Positions 19,569 to 28,884 of a DNA stretch of 64,000 bases are shown here, one piece after another. The stretch is from NCBI GenBank assembly GCA_964559135.1, contig CAZLGG010000003.1, forward strand, positions 2,231-66,230, written 5' to 3'. The DNA is from an uncultured Planctomycetia bacterium (GTDB lineage Bacteria > Planctomycetota > GCA-002687715 > DRQF01). A program made the position numbers and the translations under genes. Positions within the stretch are counted from its first letter, which is position 1, and each line of letters opens with the position of its first letter. The notes under the pieces were generated by a model that saw only the letters and a program-made list of their open reading frames with translations, was not told the origin of the DNA and searched no databases.

Positions 19569-19965
19569 CCAACTTCGTTCCCGAGGAAAGGAATCCTCCC
19601 GGGACGAGATCCGGATTCGCCCGAAACAGAAGCGGTTTCTTGGACGAGTCGCCGAAGAACTTGCGTGCCAGATCGTCCAGAGTGTCTCCGGGCTTCACCT
19701 CGTAGACGTAGTCGACGCCGTCGTTCTGCGCTCGCCGCTCCTCCGGAGTGAGGAGGTCCTTGTCGTCCACGTTGATGTCGAGGAGCTTGGCGATATCCGG
19801 ATCGACGGCGTTGTCGTCCTCCGGCAGCTCTCGTCGGATGTTGTTGTGTCGCCTCTGCTCGATCTCACCCTCGGTGCGGGAGCGGGACGACGTCATGAGG
19901 TCGACGGCGAATCCCGCGATCACGAGGATGGCTGCGACGATGAAGCCGAGTCCCAGTTTCTGCAT
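19546..19965 (-). CDS. LysM domain membrane-anchored protein
   Basis: N-terminal TM helix; C-terminal LysM (YEVKPGDTLDDLARKFFG…LVIP). Likely cotranscribed downstream of secDF (27-nt gap). Confidence 0.6.
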   Translation of the reverse strand: MQKLGLGFIVAAILVIAGFAVDLMTSSRSRTEGEIEQRRHNNIRRELPEDDNAVDPDIAKLLDINVDDKDLLTPEERRAQNDGVDYVYEVKPGDTLDDLARKFFGDSSKKPLLFRANPDLVPGGFLSSGTKLVIPFSER

Positions 19966-19991
19966 GGCGCACGTGACGCCGGCCCCTCCGC

Positions 19992-22802
19992 TCAGCCGGC
20001 GGTCGGGGCGGTGTCGCCTTTCTTGGTGATCCTCTTTTTTGACCCGGAGTCGCCCTTGCCCTTCGCCTCAAATTGCGTGAGCCAGACCAAAATGGGGCTG
20101 GCCACGAAGATCGAGGAGTAGGTGCCGACCACAACACCGATCATGAGGGTGAAGGCGAGGCCTTCCAGCGGGCTCTCGAGGCCGAGACTCGCGAAGAAGA
20201 TCACCGCCACCACGATGAACGTCGTCAAGGACGTGAGGACGGTCCTCGACAAGGTCTGATTGATGCTTCGGTTGATGATGTCGCGGAACGATCCCTTGAC
20301 GTTGCCGAGATTCTCTCGGATGCGGTCGAACACGACGATGGTGTCGTTCAGCGAGTAACCGATGATCGTCAAGAACCCGGCGATCACGTTGAGGGTGATG
20401 GGGACCGTCACGAGGTCGAACTCGTTGACGAAGATGACCACCCCCAAGGCGATCAGCACGTCATGAACGAGGGCGATCGTCGCCGCAAAGCCGTATTTGA
20501 GTTCTTTGAAGCGGAACCAGATGTAGGCCAGGATGAAGATCAAGGACATCAGCATGGCCTGAATGGCGGATTTCTTGAGATCGGCCACGACGTTCGGGCC
20601 GAGGAAGCGGAGCTTCGGGAAGGGCGTGCTGGCGGTGATGTTCTTGTTCTCCGCCAGTTTTGCGAGGAGCGTGCTGCGTACCGCTTCCTCGCCGGTATCC
20701 ACACCGCCCTGAATCCGCCACGCCAAACCCTTCTCGTCGACCGATTGGGCGTCTGGGGAACGGAACCCGGCGTCCGCCATCACACCGAGCAAGATCTGCT
20801 TGTCGGCAAGCGGCTTGGCGAGATGGACGGTCGCGGACCAGGTGCGATTCTGGGCGTCATATTGGACGTCCGTGAGCGGGTTGGGAACCAACTTGTCACC
20901 GAAGAGTCGTGTGAGTTCTTCCTGGATGGGTTGGTAGGGGTCATAGCCCTCGTCGGAGTCCTTGGGAGGCGGGGCGGCTTCCCAGTCGAGCTTGAGATCG
21001 ACGAGCAAGGCACGGTCGCCTTCCGGATCGACGAGCGAGGCCTGGATATCCTTGAAGCGAGGCTTCCCGTTCTCGTCCTTCACGCCAAGAATCGGCTTTT
21101 CGATCTCGCCGACCTGGACGGGCGTGGTGAAGGCAAGACGCACGGACGTGCCGCCGTTGAAATCGAGCCCGTACTTCTCGCGCCCCGTGATGACGAACAT
21201 CACCACGCCGAAGAGCATGAGGAGCGCCGAACCCGTGACGTAGACCTTCGCTTTTTTGAAGAAGTCGAAATTGGGCTTCTTGAACAGGCGCATCATGCGC
21301 AGTTCCTTCACCCATCCCTTGGCGATGGCCGTCCCGAGGAGCGTTCGGGACACATAAAGGCCGGCGAACATGGTGCAGATGATGCCCGTCATCATCGTGT
21401 ACCCGAAACCCTTCACGGGGCCGGTGCCGTAGCGCACCAGGAAGGCCGCGACGATGAAGGTCGTCAGGTTGGCGTCGAAGATGGTGACGAACGCGCGATC
21501 GAAGCCGTTCTTCGCCGCGTGGACCAGCTTCTTACCCTTGTCGAGCTCTTCCCGGATGCGTTCGAAGATGAGGATGTTCGCATCCACGGCCATACCCACG
21601 GTGAGGACGAGGCCCGCGATGCCGGGGAGCGTGAGCGAGGCTTGAAGCAACATCAGGATCGCGAAGATCATGACGAAGTTCACGACCATGGCCAGGATGG
21701 CCACGACGCCCGCCGCCCGGTAGTAGATGAGCATGAAGAGAATGACGAGCAACGAACCGACAATGAACGCCATTTCACCGCGTCCGACGGCCTTGGCGCC
21801 CAGGGTGGCCCCCACTTCATCCTGCGACTCCAAGATCGGCCGCAGCTTCAGTGACCCGGCCTGAAGGCAATTCAAGAGCCAGTCCTGCTCCGTCTTCGTG
21901 TAGCCGCCGCCGCCACGCGAGATCTGGACGTTGTCCGAGAGTCTCTGGCGAATCGTGGCGGAACTCCAGAGTTCTCCGTTCAGAATGAGCGCCATCTGTC
22001 TGCCGACATAGTTGCCGGTATAGATCGAGAAGGGCGTTTGGCGGGCGGTCTTGATCTTGAAACTGACGGCTCGGCCGCCGTGTTCGTCGACGCTGCGCGA
22101 GGCGTCGAAGATGTCGCGGCCGGTGAATCCCGGGTTCTCGGGGTCGTAGCAGTATTCCGGATCCCAGTATTCCGGTGCGAAATACATCCACTCGCCGGGA
22201 ACCTCCCAGAGCTTTTCCTTCTTGAGCTGTTCGTATTCCTGAACCCGCTTTTGGTAACTGGCGTCCGATTCCTTGTCGCGACGCTCCGGCCGTTTCGGGA
22301 ACCAGCGGAAACCATGCGGAGGGGTGTAGGGTTTCCCCTCCTTGAGCGCGGTCGTGCGTTCCTGGTCCAACTGCGTCTGGTTGAAGACGACAGTCTTCTT
22401 CTCACCGTTCTCGTCGACGTATTCGACTTTGTCGCCCGCTTCGGCCTTGATCGCCAAGAGGAGCTCGCCCACTTGCGTCATCCGGCGACGGATTTCGTCG
22501 GCCTGCTCCTTGGTGAAGTTCGGAAGCGTGATGACGATGCGATCTTCGCCCTCGCGTCGGACGTTGATGTCCTTGACGCCTTCCTTGTTGATGCGCTGGG
22601 AGATGACCGCGATGGTGTCGTCGACATCCTCCGCCGTAAAGGACTCCTTGGAGGAGCCCTCGACCGGCTGCACCTTGTAGGTGAGGATGGTGCCACCGCG
22701 AAGGTCGATGCCGAAGTTGATGTCGTTGGTGGAGATGATCACACCCGCCAGGGCGAGCACGACGAAGATCACCGCGTAGCGCGAAACCAGGTTGGAGGTC
22801 AC
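19992..22802 (-). CDS. secDF: Protein translocase subunit SecDF (fused SecD-SecF)
   Basis: 936 aa. Periplasmic domain plus 12 TM; SecD and SecF halves are each recognisable. GTG start with AAGGAG 8 nt upstream. Confidence 0.85.
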   Translation of the reverse strand: MTSNLVSRYAVIFVVLALAGVIISTNDINFGIDLRGGTILTYKVQPVEGSSKESFTAEDVDDTIAVISQRINKEGVKDINVRREGEDRIVITLPNFTKEQADEIRRRMTQVGELLLAIKAEAGDKVEYVDENGEKKTVVFNQTQLDQERTTALKEGKPYTPPHGFRWFPKRPERRDKESDASYQKRVQEYEQLKKEKLWEVPGEWMYFAPEYWDPEYCYDPENPGFTGRDIFDASRSVDEHGGRAVSFKIKTARQTPFSIYTGNYVGRQMALILNGELWSSATIRQRLSDNVQISRGGGGYTKTEQDWLLNCLQAGSLKLRPILESQDEVGATLGAKAVGRGEMAFIVGSLLVILFMLIYYRAAGVVAILAMVVNFVMIFAILMLLQASLTLPGIAGLVLTVGMAVDANILIFERIREELDKGKKLVHAAKNGFDRAFVTIFDANLTTFIVAAFLVRYGTGPVKGFGYTMMTGIICTMFAGLYVSRTLLGTAIAKGWVKELRMMRLFKKPNFDFFKKAKVYVTGSALLMLFGVVMFVITGREKYGLDFNGGTSVRLAFTTPVQVGEIEKPILGVKDENGKPRFKDIQASLVDPEGDRALLVDLKLDWEAAPPPKDSDEGYDPYQPIQEELTRLFGDKLVPNPLTDVQYDAQNRTWSATVHLAKPLADKQILLGVMADAGFRSPDAQSVDEKGLAWRIQGGVDTGEEAVRSTLLAKLAENKNITASTPFPKLRFLGPNVVADLKKSAIQAMLMSLIFILAYIWFRFKELKYGFAATIALVHDVLIALGVVIFVNEFDLVTVPITLNVIAGFLTIIGYSLNDTIVVFDRIRENLGNVKGSFRDIINRSINQTLSRTVLTSLTTFIVVAVIFFASLGLESPLEGLAFTLMIGVVVGTYSSIFVASPILVWLTQFEAKGKGDSGSKKRITKKGDTAPTAG

Positions 22803-22890
22803 GATGGGGCTCCTTGAAGCCTAGGGTCCGGGACGATTGTGGGTGCGACGAGGCGCATTGCCTCGTCTCCAGTTTGGTGGCGGGACGTTC

Positions 22891-23256
22891 TCAGGCCTTG
22901 CGACCGCCCTTGGTATCCAGCTTTTCCTTCACACGGGTGGCCCGACCCACGCGATCCCTCAAGTAGTAGAGTTTGGCGCGATTGACATCGCCTCGCCTCA
23001 CCACCGTGATGTCGTCGATGGTGGGCGCGTGCAGAGGGAAGACGCGCTCCACACCCTCGCCTTGGACGATCCGTCGCACGATGATGCTCTCGGCGGGGCC
23101 GCGGCCGCGGCGAGAGATGACGGTGCCTTGAAAGACCTGGATGCGTTCCTTGCCGCCTTCCCGGATCTTCACCTTCACGTCCACCGTGTCCCCGATGGAA
23201 AACTCGGGGATTTTCGGCTTGAGCCACTGCTGTTCGAGGTCGCTGAAGTTGTCCAT
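22891..23256 (-). CDS. rplS: 50S ribosomal protein L19
   Basis: ORF 22891..23322 trimmed to MDNFSDLEQQ…IPEFSIGDTVDVKVKIREGGKERIQVFQGTVI…RAKLYYLRDRVG, matching the L19 alignment. 121 aa. Confidence 0.85.
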   Translation of the reverse strand: MDNFSDLEQQWLKPKIPEFSIGDTVDVKVKIREGGKERIQVFQGTVISRRGRGPAESIIVRRIVQGEGVERVFPLHAPTIDDITVVRRGDVNRAKLYYLRDRVGRATRVKEKLDTKGGRKA

Positions 23257-23318
23257 GTCTCTGTCATTCCTAGACGCCTCGGGGCCGCCGAATTCGGCAT
23301 CGGCCACCTCGAGGAGGT

Positions 23319-24032
23319 TCATCCCATGTCATCCTCGCAATCCGGACTTCCGGATGCGTCGAGGTCCGGTCGGCGTTCACCCGTTCTCTTTTGCGCCTCG
23401 TGCCGCCGCCAAGCGGCAATGGCCGCGTGGTCGCCGGAGCGAAGAACCTCGGGAACGGACATTCCTCTAAACTCCTCTGGCCGCGTGTAATGCGGGTGAT
23501 CGAGAAGCCCGTCGAGAAACGACTCCCGCAGTGCGGATTCCGCATCTCCGAGAACGCCGGGCAGGAGTCTAACGATGGAATCCACCAGGACCAACGCCGG
23601 AAGTTCGCCTCCCGTCAAGACATAGTCACCCAGGGAGATCTCCCGGATCGGCAGTCCCCGACGCACCCTCTCGTCGAAGCCTTCGTAGTGGCCCGCGAGC
23701 AATACGAGATGAGGACAAACACTCAAACTCTTGGCTAGGGCTTGGGAATAGGGTTTCCCCTGGGGCGACAGCATGATCAGGGGGGGCCAGGTCGATGGCT
23801 CGGAACCGAGAAGATCTTCAAGGCACCGAAAGATGGGCTCGGGTTTCAGGACCATCCCGGGACCGCCGCCGAACGGCCGGTCGTCCACCTTGCGGTGGAA
23901 GCCCTCCGCGTGGTCTCTCCAGTTGTGGAGGTGGTAGCTGGCCAGCCCTTTTCTGCGGGCGAGCCCGAGCATGCTGGTCCCGAGAAAGCCCTCGAACATC
24001 TCGGGGAAAAGGGTCAGGATGTCGAAGCGCAT
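23319..24032 (-). CDS. trmD: tRNA (guanine37-N1)-methyltransferase
   Basis: MRFDILTLFPEMF N-terminus and the GGGPGMV and LLAGHYEGFDERV motifs. Confidence 0.9.
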   Translation of the reverse strand: MRFDILTLFPEMFEGFLGTSMLGLARRKGLASYHLHNWRDHAEGFHRKVDDRPFGGGPGMVLKPEPIFRCLEDLLGSEPSTWPPLIMLSPQGKPYSQALAKSLSVCPHLVLLAGHYEGFDERVRRGLPIREISLGDYVLTGGELPALVLVDSIVRLLPGVLGDAESALRESFLDGLLDHPHYTRPEEFRGMSVPEVLRSGDHAAIAAWRRHEAQKRTGERRPDLDASGSPDCEDDMG

Positions 24033-24214
24033 GGGGTTCCTCGGTCCCGGCCCCTCCGGACCGGCGCGGGGCGAAAAGACGCCGGGTGACAGGGCGCCGA
24101 ATAGGGCCCGGGACCTACCCGGGGTTTCGAGCCTCGTTTCTGATAAAGATCCCCTGCCGAGGGCGCAAGGAAAAAGTGGAGTTCAGCGCGGCGCTGTCTC
24201 CCGGGAGAATGGAC

Positions 24215-24847
24215 ATGTTCACGGGTATCGTGGAGGGCCTGCGCCCCGTCGTCGCGGCCGACTTCGGGGAAGAGGGGCTGAGTTTGACTGTCGATCTGGG
24301 CGAGCTGGCCGACGGTGTCCATGTGGGGGACAGCATCGCCGTGGACGGTTGCTGTCTCACCGTGACTGAGCTTTCCGGCGTCCGGGCCTCGTTTCATGCG
24401 GCCCGCGAGACCCTTGGGCTCACGACTCTGGCGACCATGAAGGCGGATGCCCGTGTCAATATCGAACGGGCCGTTGCCCTGGGAGATCGTCTGGGGGGGC
24501 ACTTGGTTTCGGGCCATGTCGACGGGATGGGAGAGGTGGTGGAGGTCCGGCCGGAGTCGAGCCAAACCTGGATGACGTTTCGGTTGGCGGATCGGCTTTT
24601 TGCCCAGACCCTCCTCAAGGGTTCGGTGGCGTTGGATGGGGTCAGCCTCACCATCACGGACAAACGTGAAGCATGCATCTCGGTGGCTCTCATTCCCCAT
24701 ACGCTGGAAGTGACGACACTCGGTTCGAAGAAGAAAGGGGATCTCGTGAACGTCGAGACGGACATGATGGGCAAGTGGATCTTGGAGCGCCTGGGACCCA
24801 TGCTCGAGGACCTGGAGACGCGCATCCATGGGCGCAACGAATCATGA
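24215..24847 (+). CDS. ribE: Riboflavin synthase alpha subunit
   Basis: ORF 23795..24847 trimmed to MFTGIVEG (GGGAGA RBS). Two lumazine-binding repeats. Stop overlaps the trpS start (ATGA). Confidence 0.85.
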   Translation: MFTGIVEGLRPVVAADFGEEGLSLTVDLGELADGVHVGDSIAVDGCCLTVTELSGVRASFHAARETLGLTTLATMKADARVNIERAVALGDRLGGHLVSGHVDGMGEVVEVRPESSQTWMTFRLADRLFAQTLLKGSVALDGVSLTITDKREACISVALIPHTLEVTTLGSKKKGDLVNVETDMMGKWILERLGPMLEDLETRIHGRNES

Positions 24848-25830
24848 CGGATTCCGACCGGAAACTCGTCGCCCTGACCGGCATCAAGCCGACCGGCGCC
24901 CCCCATATCGGAAACCTCTTGGGCGCTATCCTTCCGGCGCTCGCTCTGACGCGCACCTATCAGGGCATCTACTTCATCGCGGACTACCACGCCCTGACGA
25001 CGGAGCACGACGGAGAGGCCTTGAGGGAGAGCACCCGTCAGGTGGCAGCCACATGGCTCGCCATGGGACTGGACACGGAGAAGAACATCTTTTTCCGGCA
25101 GTCCGACATTCCCGAGGTGTGCGAGCTGGCCTGGGTGTTGTCCTGCTTCGTCGGAGTAGGCCAGTTGCAGCGCGCCCATGCCTACAAGGATGCCGTGGCG
25201 AAGGGGAAAGAGGCCACCCATGGCCTGTTCTCGTACCCGGTCCTCATGGCCGCGGACATCCTGCTCTACGAGTCGAACGTGGTGCCCGTCGGCAAGGATC
25301 AAAAACAACACGTCGAGATGTGTCGGCAGATGGCTCACCGGGTCAACGAGACCTACGGGGCCGAGACCCTGGTCGTGCCCGAACCTCTCATCAGGGAAGA
25401 GGTGGCGACGGTGCCCGGGCTGGATGGGCAGAAGATGAGCAAGAGCTACGGGAACACGGTGGAGATCTTCCTTCCGCCCAAGAAGCTCCGGAAGAAACTC
25501 ATGAAGATCGTCACCGGATCGGAGGCCCTCGAAGATCCCAAGGATCCCGACACCTGCAACGTCGTCAAGCTGTTTCGCCTCTTCGCGGAGGAGGCCGACG
25601 TCGCGGATTTGGAGCGGTGCTACCGCGCGGGGGGATTTGGCTACGGCGAGGCGAAGCAGCGGCTCTTCGAGGTCTACGATGCCTTCATCGCGCCGCACAG
25701 AGAGCGGTATGAGGACCTCCTCGCCCACCCCGAAGTGATCGAGGACGAGTTGATCAAGGGGGCGGAAAAAGCGCGTTCCGTCGCCGGGCGGGTGATGGAA
25801 CGTCTGAGAACACGGGCCGGATTGCGGTGA
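24844..25830 (+). CDS. trpS: Tryptophan--tRNA ligase
   Basis: ORF 24673..25830 trimmed to MTDSDRKLVALTGIKPTGAPHIGN (HIGH motif) and KMSKS (GQKMSKSYGN). 328 aa. Confidence 0.85.
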   Translation: MTDSDRKLVALTGIKPTGAPHIGNLLGAILPALALTRTYQGIYFIADYHALTTEHDGEALRESTRQVAATWLAMGLDTEKNIFFRQSDIPEVCELAWVLSCFVGVGQLQRAHAYKDAVAKGKEATHGLFSYPVLMAADILLYESNVVPVGKDQKQHVEMCRQMAHRVNETYGAETLVVPEPLIREEVATVPGLDGQKMSKSYGNTVEIFLPPKKLRKKLMKIVTGSEALEDPKDPDTCNVVKLFRLFAEEADVADLERCYRAGGFGYGEAKQRLFEVYDAFIAPHRERYEDLLAHPEVIEDELIKGAEKARSVAGRVMERLRTRAGLR

Positions 25831-25910
25831 AAATAACTGAATGAATACCCAAGTTCGTCCCCCTTTGCTGCCGATAGGTCGGGTAGAAACCCTGAAGGGA
25901 GAATCCGACC

Positions 25911-26489
25911 ATGCGCATCATCGTTTCCGTCCTCGCCGTCGTCCTCGTGGCGCTTCCCGCTTGCTCCAGCTCCCAAGGAGGCGGCAAGAGCCGCCAAGTT
26001 CGGGAGACGGAGGAATTGGGAGATCTGACCCCCAGGTCCGAGGACATTCCTCAGGAGATCAAGAAAATCGAGACCTTCGTGGAATCTCCGTCCGTCATTC
26101 TGGCGGACGAAGGCGAGATCTACGTCTCCAAGAATTACCAGCTCGAAGTCAGTCTCACGGGCGACACCGTGACGCCGGACATCGATCCTGGAGGCATCAA
26201 CGAGCGGATCGCGACGGGCAACGCCCAGGCGGTGTTCCGCAACCTCAAGATCAAGTGCGATCGCAAGCTGCGGCTGAGGATCGGAGATTTCGGCACCCAG
26301 CCTTTCATCCGCATGGCCTTCAAGGGCCATTGCTCCCACATCATTTTGGGATCGGGAGGCGGCAAGCATGACGTGCGAAGAACGGACGGGATCCTGGTTC
26401 AAAACGCCGCCTTGCGGTACGTCGACAATCCGACGCTCTCGATGCCCGACATCGAACCGGCGGCGATTCGCACGATTCGCAAGCCTTAG
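25911..26489 (+). CDS. Hypothetical lipoprotein
   Basis: Signal peptide plus lipobox MRIIVSVLAVVLVALPACSS. GAAGGGAGAAT RBS. 192 aa. Confidence 0.5.
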   Translation: MRIIVSVLAVVLVALPACSSSQGGGKSRQVRETEELGDLTPRSEDIPQEIKKIETFVESPSVILADEGEIYVSKNYQLEVSLTGDTVTPDIDPGGINERIATGNAQAVFRNLKIKCDRKLRLRIGDFGTQPFIRMAFKGHCSHIILGSGGGKHDVRRTDGILVQNAALRYVDNPTLSMPDIEPAAIRTIRKP

Positions 26490-27474
26490 TCAGGCGCTCC
26501 TTCTCCCCCTGGCCGCGGCCATCACGGTCGCGGCCTGTGCGGACACGGGGCCGACTCTTCCGGAACCCGATGGCATCTGGTCGCGGATGACGCAGGAGTC
26601 CCTCTTCGATCAGGCCCGGGGTCTTTCGGCCGAGAATCGAACGGATGAAGCGAAGAAGGTTCTCCGTCAGCTGATCGCGAGGAATCCGGAACATTGGCCT
26701 GCTCAGTGGGAACTCGCCCGCCTCGTCGAGTCACCCCGGGAGAAGGAGGAGCTGAGAGGTTCTCTTGCGCATCTGGCCGATTCTCCCAAATCCGAGGAGG
26801 TCCGGGCCAACGCCTTGGCGATCCTCTCCATCCTCGAGGACAACGCGGAGGCGAAAGACGCGCTTCTCGAGAAGGCCCTGGAGATTGACGAGGATTCCTC
26901 CCTCGCCCACACCCTCAGAGGCGCTCTCGAGGAGGAACGCGGGCGCTCCGATCGGGCCTTGGATGACTACATGGCCGCTCTGGAAGCCGGCGGCGCCCCG
27001 AACGAGGCGTGGTTTGGCTTGGCCCGGGCGGCCATCGCCGAGCACCGATTGAAGCTGGCCGAGAAGGCCCTTGTCGTGAGCGAGCGCCTGGCCCCGCGAG
27101 ATCCCCGTTGGTCCTACGACCTGGGGACTCTTTTGCTCAGCGAAGGAAAACGACCTGCCCGAGCGGTGCGCGCTTTGGAACGTGCGCGGAAACTCCAGCC
27201 CCGGGACGTGGACACTCTGCTGAATCTCGGCGCCGCGTACCTCGCGTGCGGCAAGGAGCAACGGGCGCTGGAGACCCTCGAGGAGGCCGGCCGGGCCGAT
27301 CCCGACGATCCGGATACCCTTTACAATCTCGCCGTGTTCTACGCCGACCACGCGGGCGATCCCGAAACAGCGGTGCGTCTGTTCAAGAAGTACCTCGAAA
27401 AAACGGACTCCAATCGCCTGCGCGTGGAGAAATGGATTCGAGAACTCGAGGCAAAAGTGCGAGACGGAGGCTGA
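26368..27474 (+). CDS. TPR-repeat protein. Start uncertain: the ORF-track ATG overlaps the upstream gene by 122 nt, and a lipoprotein-like signal (LLLPLAAAITVAAC) follows with no in-frame ATG/GTG/TTG.
   Basis: Multiple TPR-like helices (AWFGLARAAIAEHRL…, LYNLAVFYADHAGD…). Confidence 0.45.
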   Translation: MTCEERTGSWFKTPPCGTSTIRRSRCPTSNRRRFARFASLSQALLLPLAAAITVAACADTGPTLPEPDGIWSRMTQESLFDQARGLSAENRTDEAKKVLRQLIARNPEHWPAQWELARLVESPREKEELRGSLAHLADSPKSEEVRANALAILSILEDNAEAKDALLEKALEIDEDSSLAHTLRGALEEERGRSDRALDDYMAALEAGGAPNEAWFGLARAAIAEHRLKLAEKALVVSERLAPRDPRWSYDLGTLLLSEGKRPARAVRALERARKLQPRDVDTLLNLGAAYLACGKEQRALETLEEAGRADPDDPDTLYNLAVFYADHAGDPETAVRLFKKYLEKTDSNRLRVEKWIRELEAKVRDGG

Positions 27475-27476
27475 TC

Positions 27477-27890
27477 ATGGGGGATCCCACGCTGGACTAC
27501 GCGCGGACTCGCTGTGTCACGTTGGCGGAACGCGCCGGTTACGTCCTCGGCGAGGAGACGCTCCACTGGGAAGACGGCTGGCGAGGTGATTTCGAGCATG
27601 ACACGTCCGATCTCTTTTTTTCGCTCCACAAGCCGATGGGGGCGCCCTTCGTGTCGATGTCCTTCCGTCTCCGCCTGGCCCGGGCGAGGACGGATGACGT
27701 GGCGCACCTGGCGGAGTTGATCTCGGATTTCGAGGTCGCGTTCTGGTTGGAGCGGGATGATCGGGGGGCGCTGTGGATCTCCGATCGCCTGTTCGTGGGA
27801 GCGCTTTTCCAAGAGGCATTCGATTTCACCCTGGCGAATCTGTTGGCCGCCCGCTCGGCCGTCACCGAGGACGGAGCCGCGTCTCCATGA
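27477..27890 (+). CDS. Hypothetical protein (about 138 aa, possibly YbjN-like)
   Basis: ORF 27009..27890 trimmed to the ATG at 27477 ([25 protein letters not shown]…). Stop overlaps the dtd start by 4 nt. Confidence 0.4.
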   Translation: MGDPTLDYARTRCVTLAERAGYVLGEETLHWEDGWRGDFEHDTSDLFFSLHKPMGAPFVSMSFRLRLARARTDDVAHLAELISDFEVAFWLERDDRGALWISDRLFVGALFQEAFDFTLANLLAARSAVTEDGAASP

Positions 27891-28324
27891 GGGTCGTACT
27901 TCAACGCGTGGCCAGGGCCTCCGTCAAGGTCGAGGGTCGGGTGACGGGCGCGATCGGGCCGGGGTTCCTATTGCTCGTGGGCTTGACGCACGCGGATGGG
28001 GATGAGCAGATCACGTGGATGGCGAAAAAGATCGTGTCCCTGCGTCTGTTCCGCGACGACGAGGGACGCATGAATCGTTCGCTGAAGGAAGTGGGGGGGA
28101 GGGTTTTGGCCGTCAGTCAATTCACCCTCTATGGCGACGCCGTGAAGGGCCGGCGGCCCAGTTTCGTGGGCGCTGCTCCACCCGAAAAGGCGGCCCCCCT
28201 GTTCGATCGATTCGTCGAAGCCCTCATCCGTGAGGGCGCCTCGGTCGCCACCGGCGTCTTCGGCGCCATGATGGAAGTCGAACTCGTCAACGACGGCCCC
28301 GTGACGTTGATCCTCGAGCGCTGA
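27887..28324 (+). CDS. dtd: D-aminoacyl-tRNA deacylase
   Basis: [21 protein letters not shown]…SQFTLYGD…GRRPSF, typical of Dtd. 145 aa. Confidence 0.9.
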   Translation: MRVVLQRVARASVKVEGRVTGAIGPGFLLLVGLTHADGDEQITWMAKKIVSLRLFRDDEGRMNRSLKEVGGRVLAVSQFTLYGDAVKGRRPSFVGAAPPEKAAPLFDRFVEALIREGASVATGVFGAMMEVELVNDGPVTLILER

Positions 28325-28835
28325 CCAGCAGGAAGTTCCAGTCCATGGCGAGGGTGTAGGCGAGGGCCAGGGCGTCCGATGCGTCGAGGGGCTTGGGCGG
28401 TCTTTCGAGTCCGAGAAGGCGCTGGAGCATGAAGTTCACCTGCGACTTGTCGGCGCGTCCCGACCCGACGACCGCTTTTTTGACGCTGGCCGTCGGATAT
28501 TCGTGGACCTGCACGTTCATCCGCCCGCAGACGGCGAGAATGGCGCCCCGCGCCTCGCCGAGCCGGAGGGCGGATTGGATATTGCGTCCCACGAAGGCCT
28601 GCTCGAGGGCCAAGGCGTCGGGGCGATGCTCCCGGATGCATGCGGCGAGTTTTTCGGTGAGCCATGCGAGCCTGGGCGCGATGGCGAGGCTTCGGGGTGG
28701 ACGCCACGCCCCAGACCCCTTCGAGCCGAGCCGGTTTCCGTTCTTGTGAACGAGGCCCCAGCCCGTCACCGAAAGGCCCGGATCGATGCCGAGGACAAGG
28801 AGGCCGTGAGGTGGAGGCGGTGTCATGCCCGCCAC
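28287..28835 (-). CDS. ruvC: Holliday junction resolvase RuvC
   Basis: [18 protein letters not shown]-terminus (catalytic Asp). GTG at 28835 or ATG at 28826. 3' end overlaps dtd by 38 nt (convergent). Confidence 0.85.
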   Translation of the reverse strand: MAGMTPPPPHGLLVLGIDPGLSVTGWGLVHKNGNRLGSKGSGAWRPPRSLAIAPRLAWLTEKLAACIREHRPDALALEQAFVGRNIQSALRLGEARGAILAVCGRMNVQVHEYPTASVKKAVVGSGRADKSQVNFMLQRLLGLERPPKPLDASDALALAYTLAMDWNFLLVSARGSTSRGRR

Positions 28836-28884
28836 TCTAACGACGTCGAGGGACCGCCTTGCGCGTGCCGGGGCGCTGCAAGAT

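Noticed and set aside
22847-22867. 8-bp GACGAGGC/GCCTCGTC hairpin between rplS and secDF
   Set aside because: No U-tract on either strand. At most a processing site or attenuator; insufficient evidence for a terminator.
24033-24214. Possible FMN (RFN) riboswitch upstream of ribE
   Set aside because: Only a weak GACCGGCG resemblance. The conserved GGATGGGAGA and CCGGATGG core elements are absent, and ribE alone is not a typical RFN-controlled gene.
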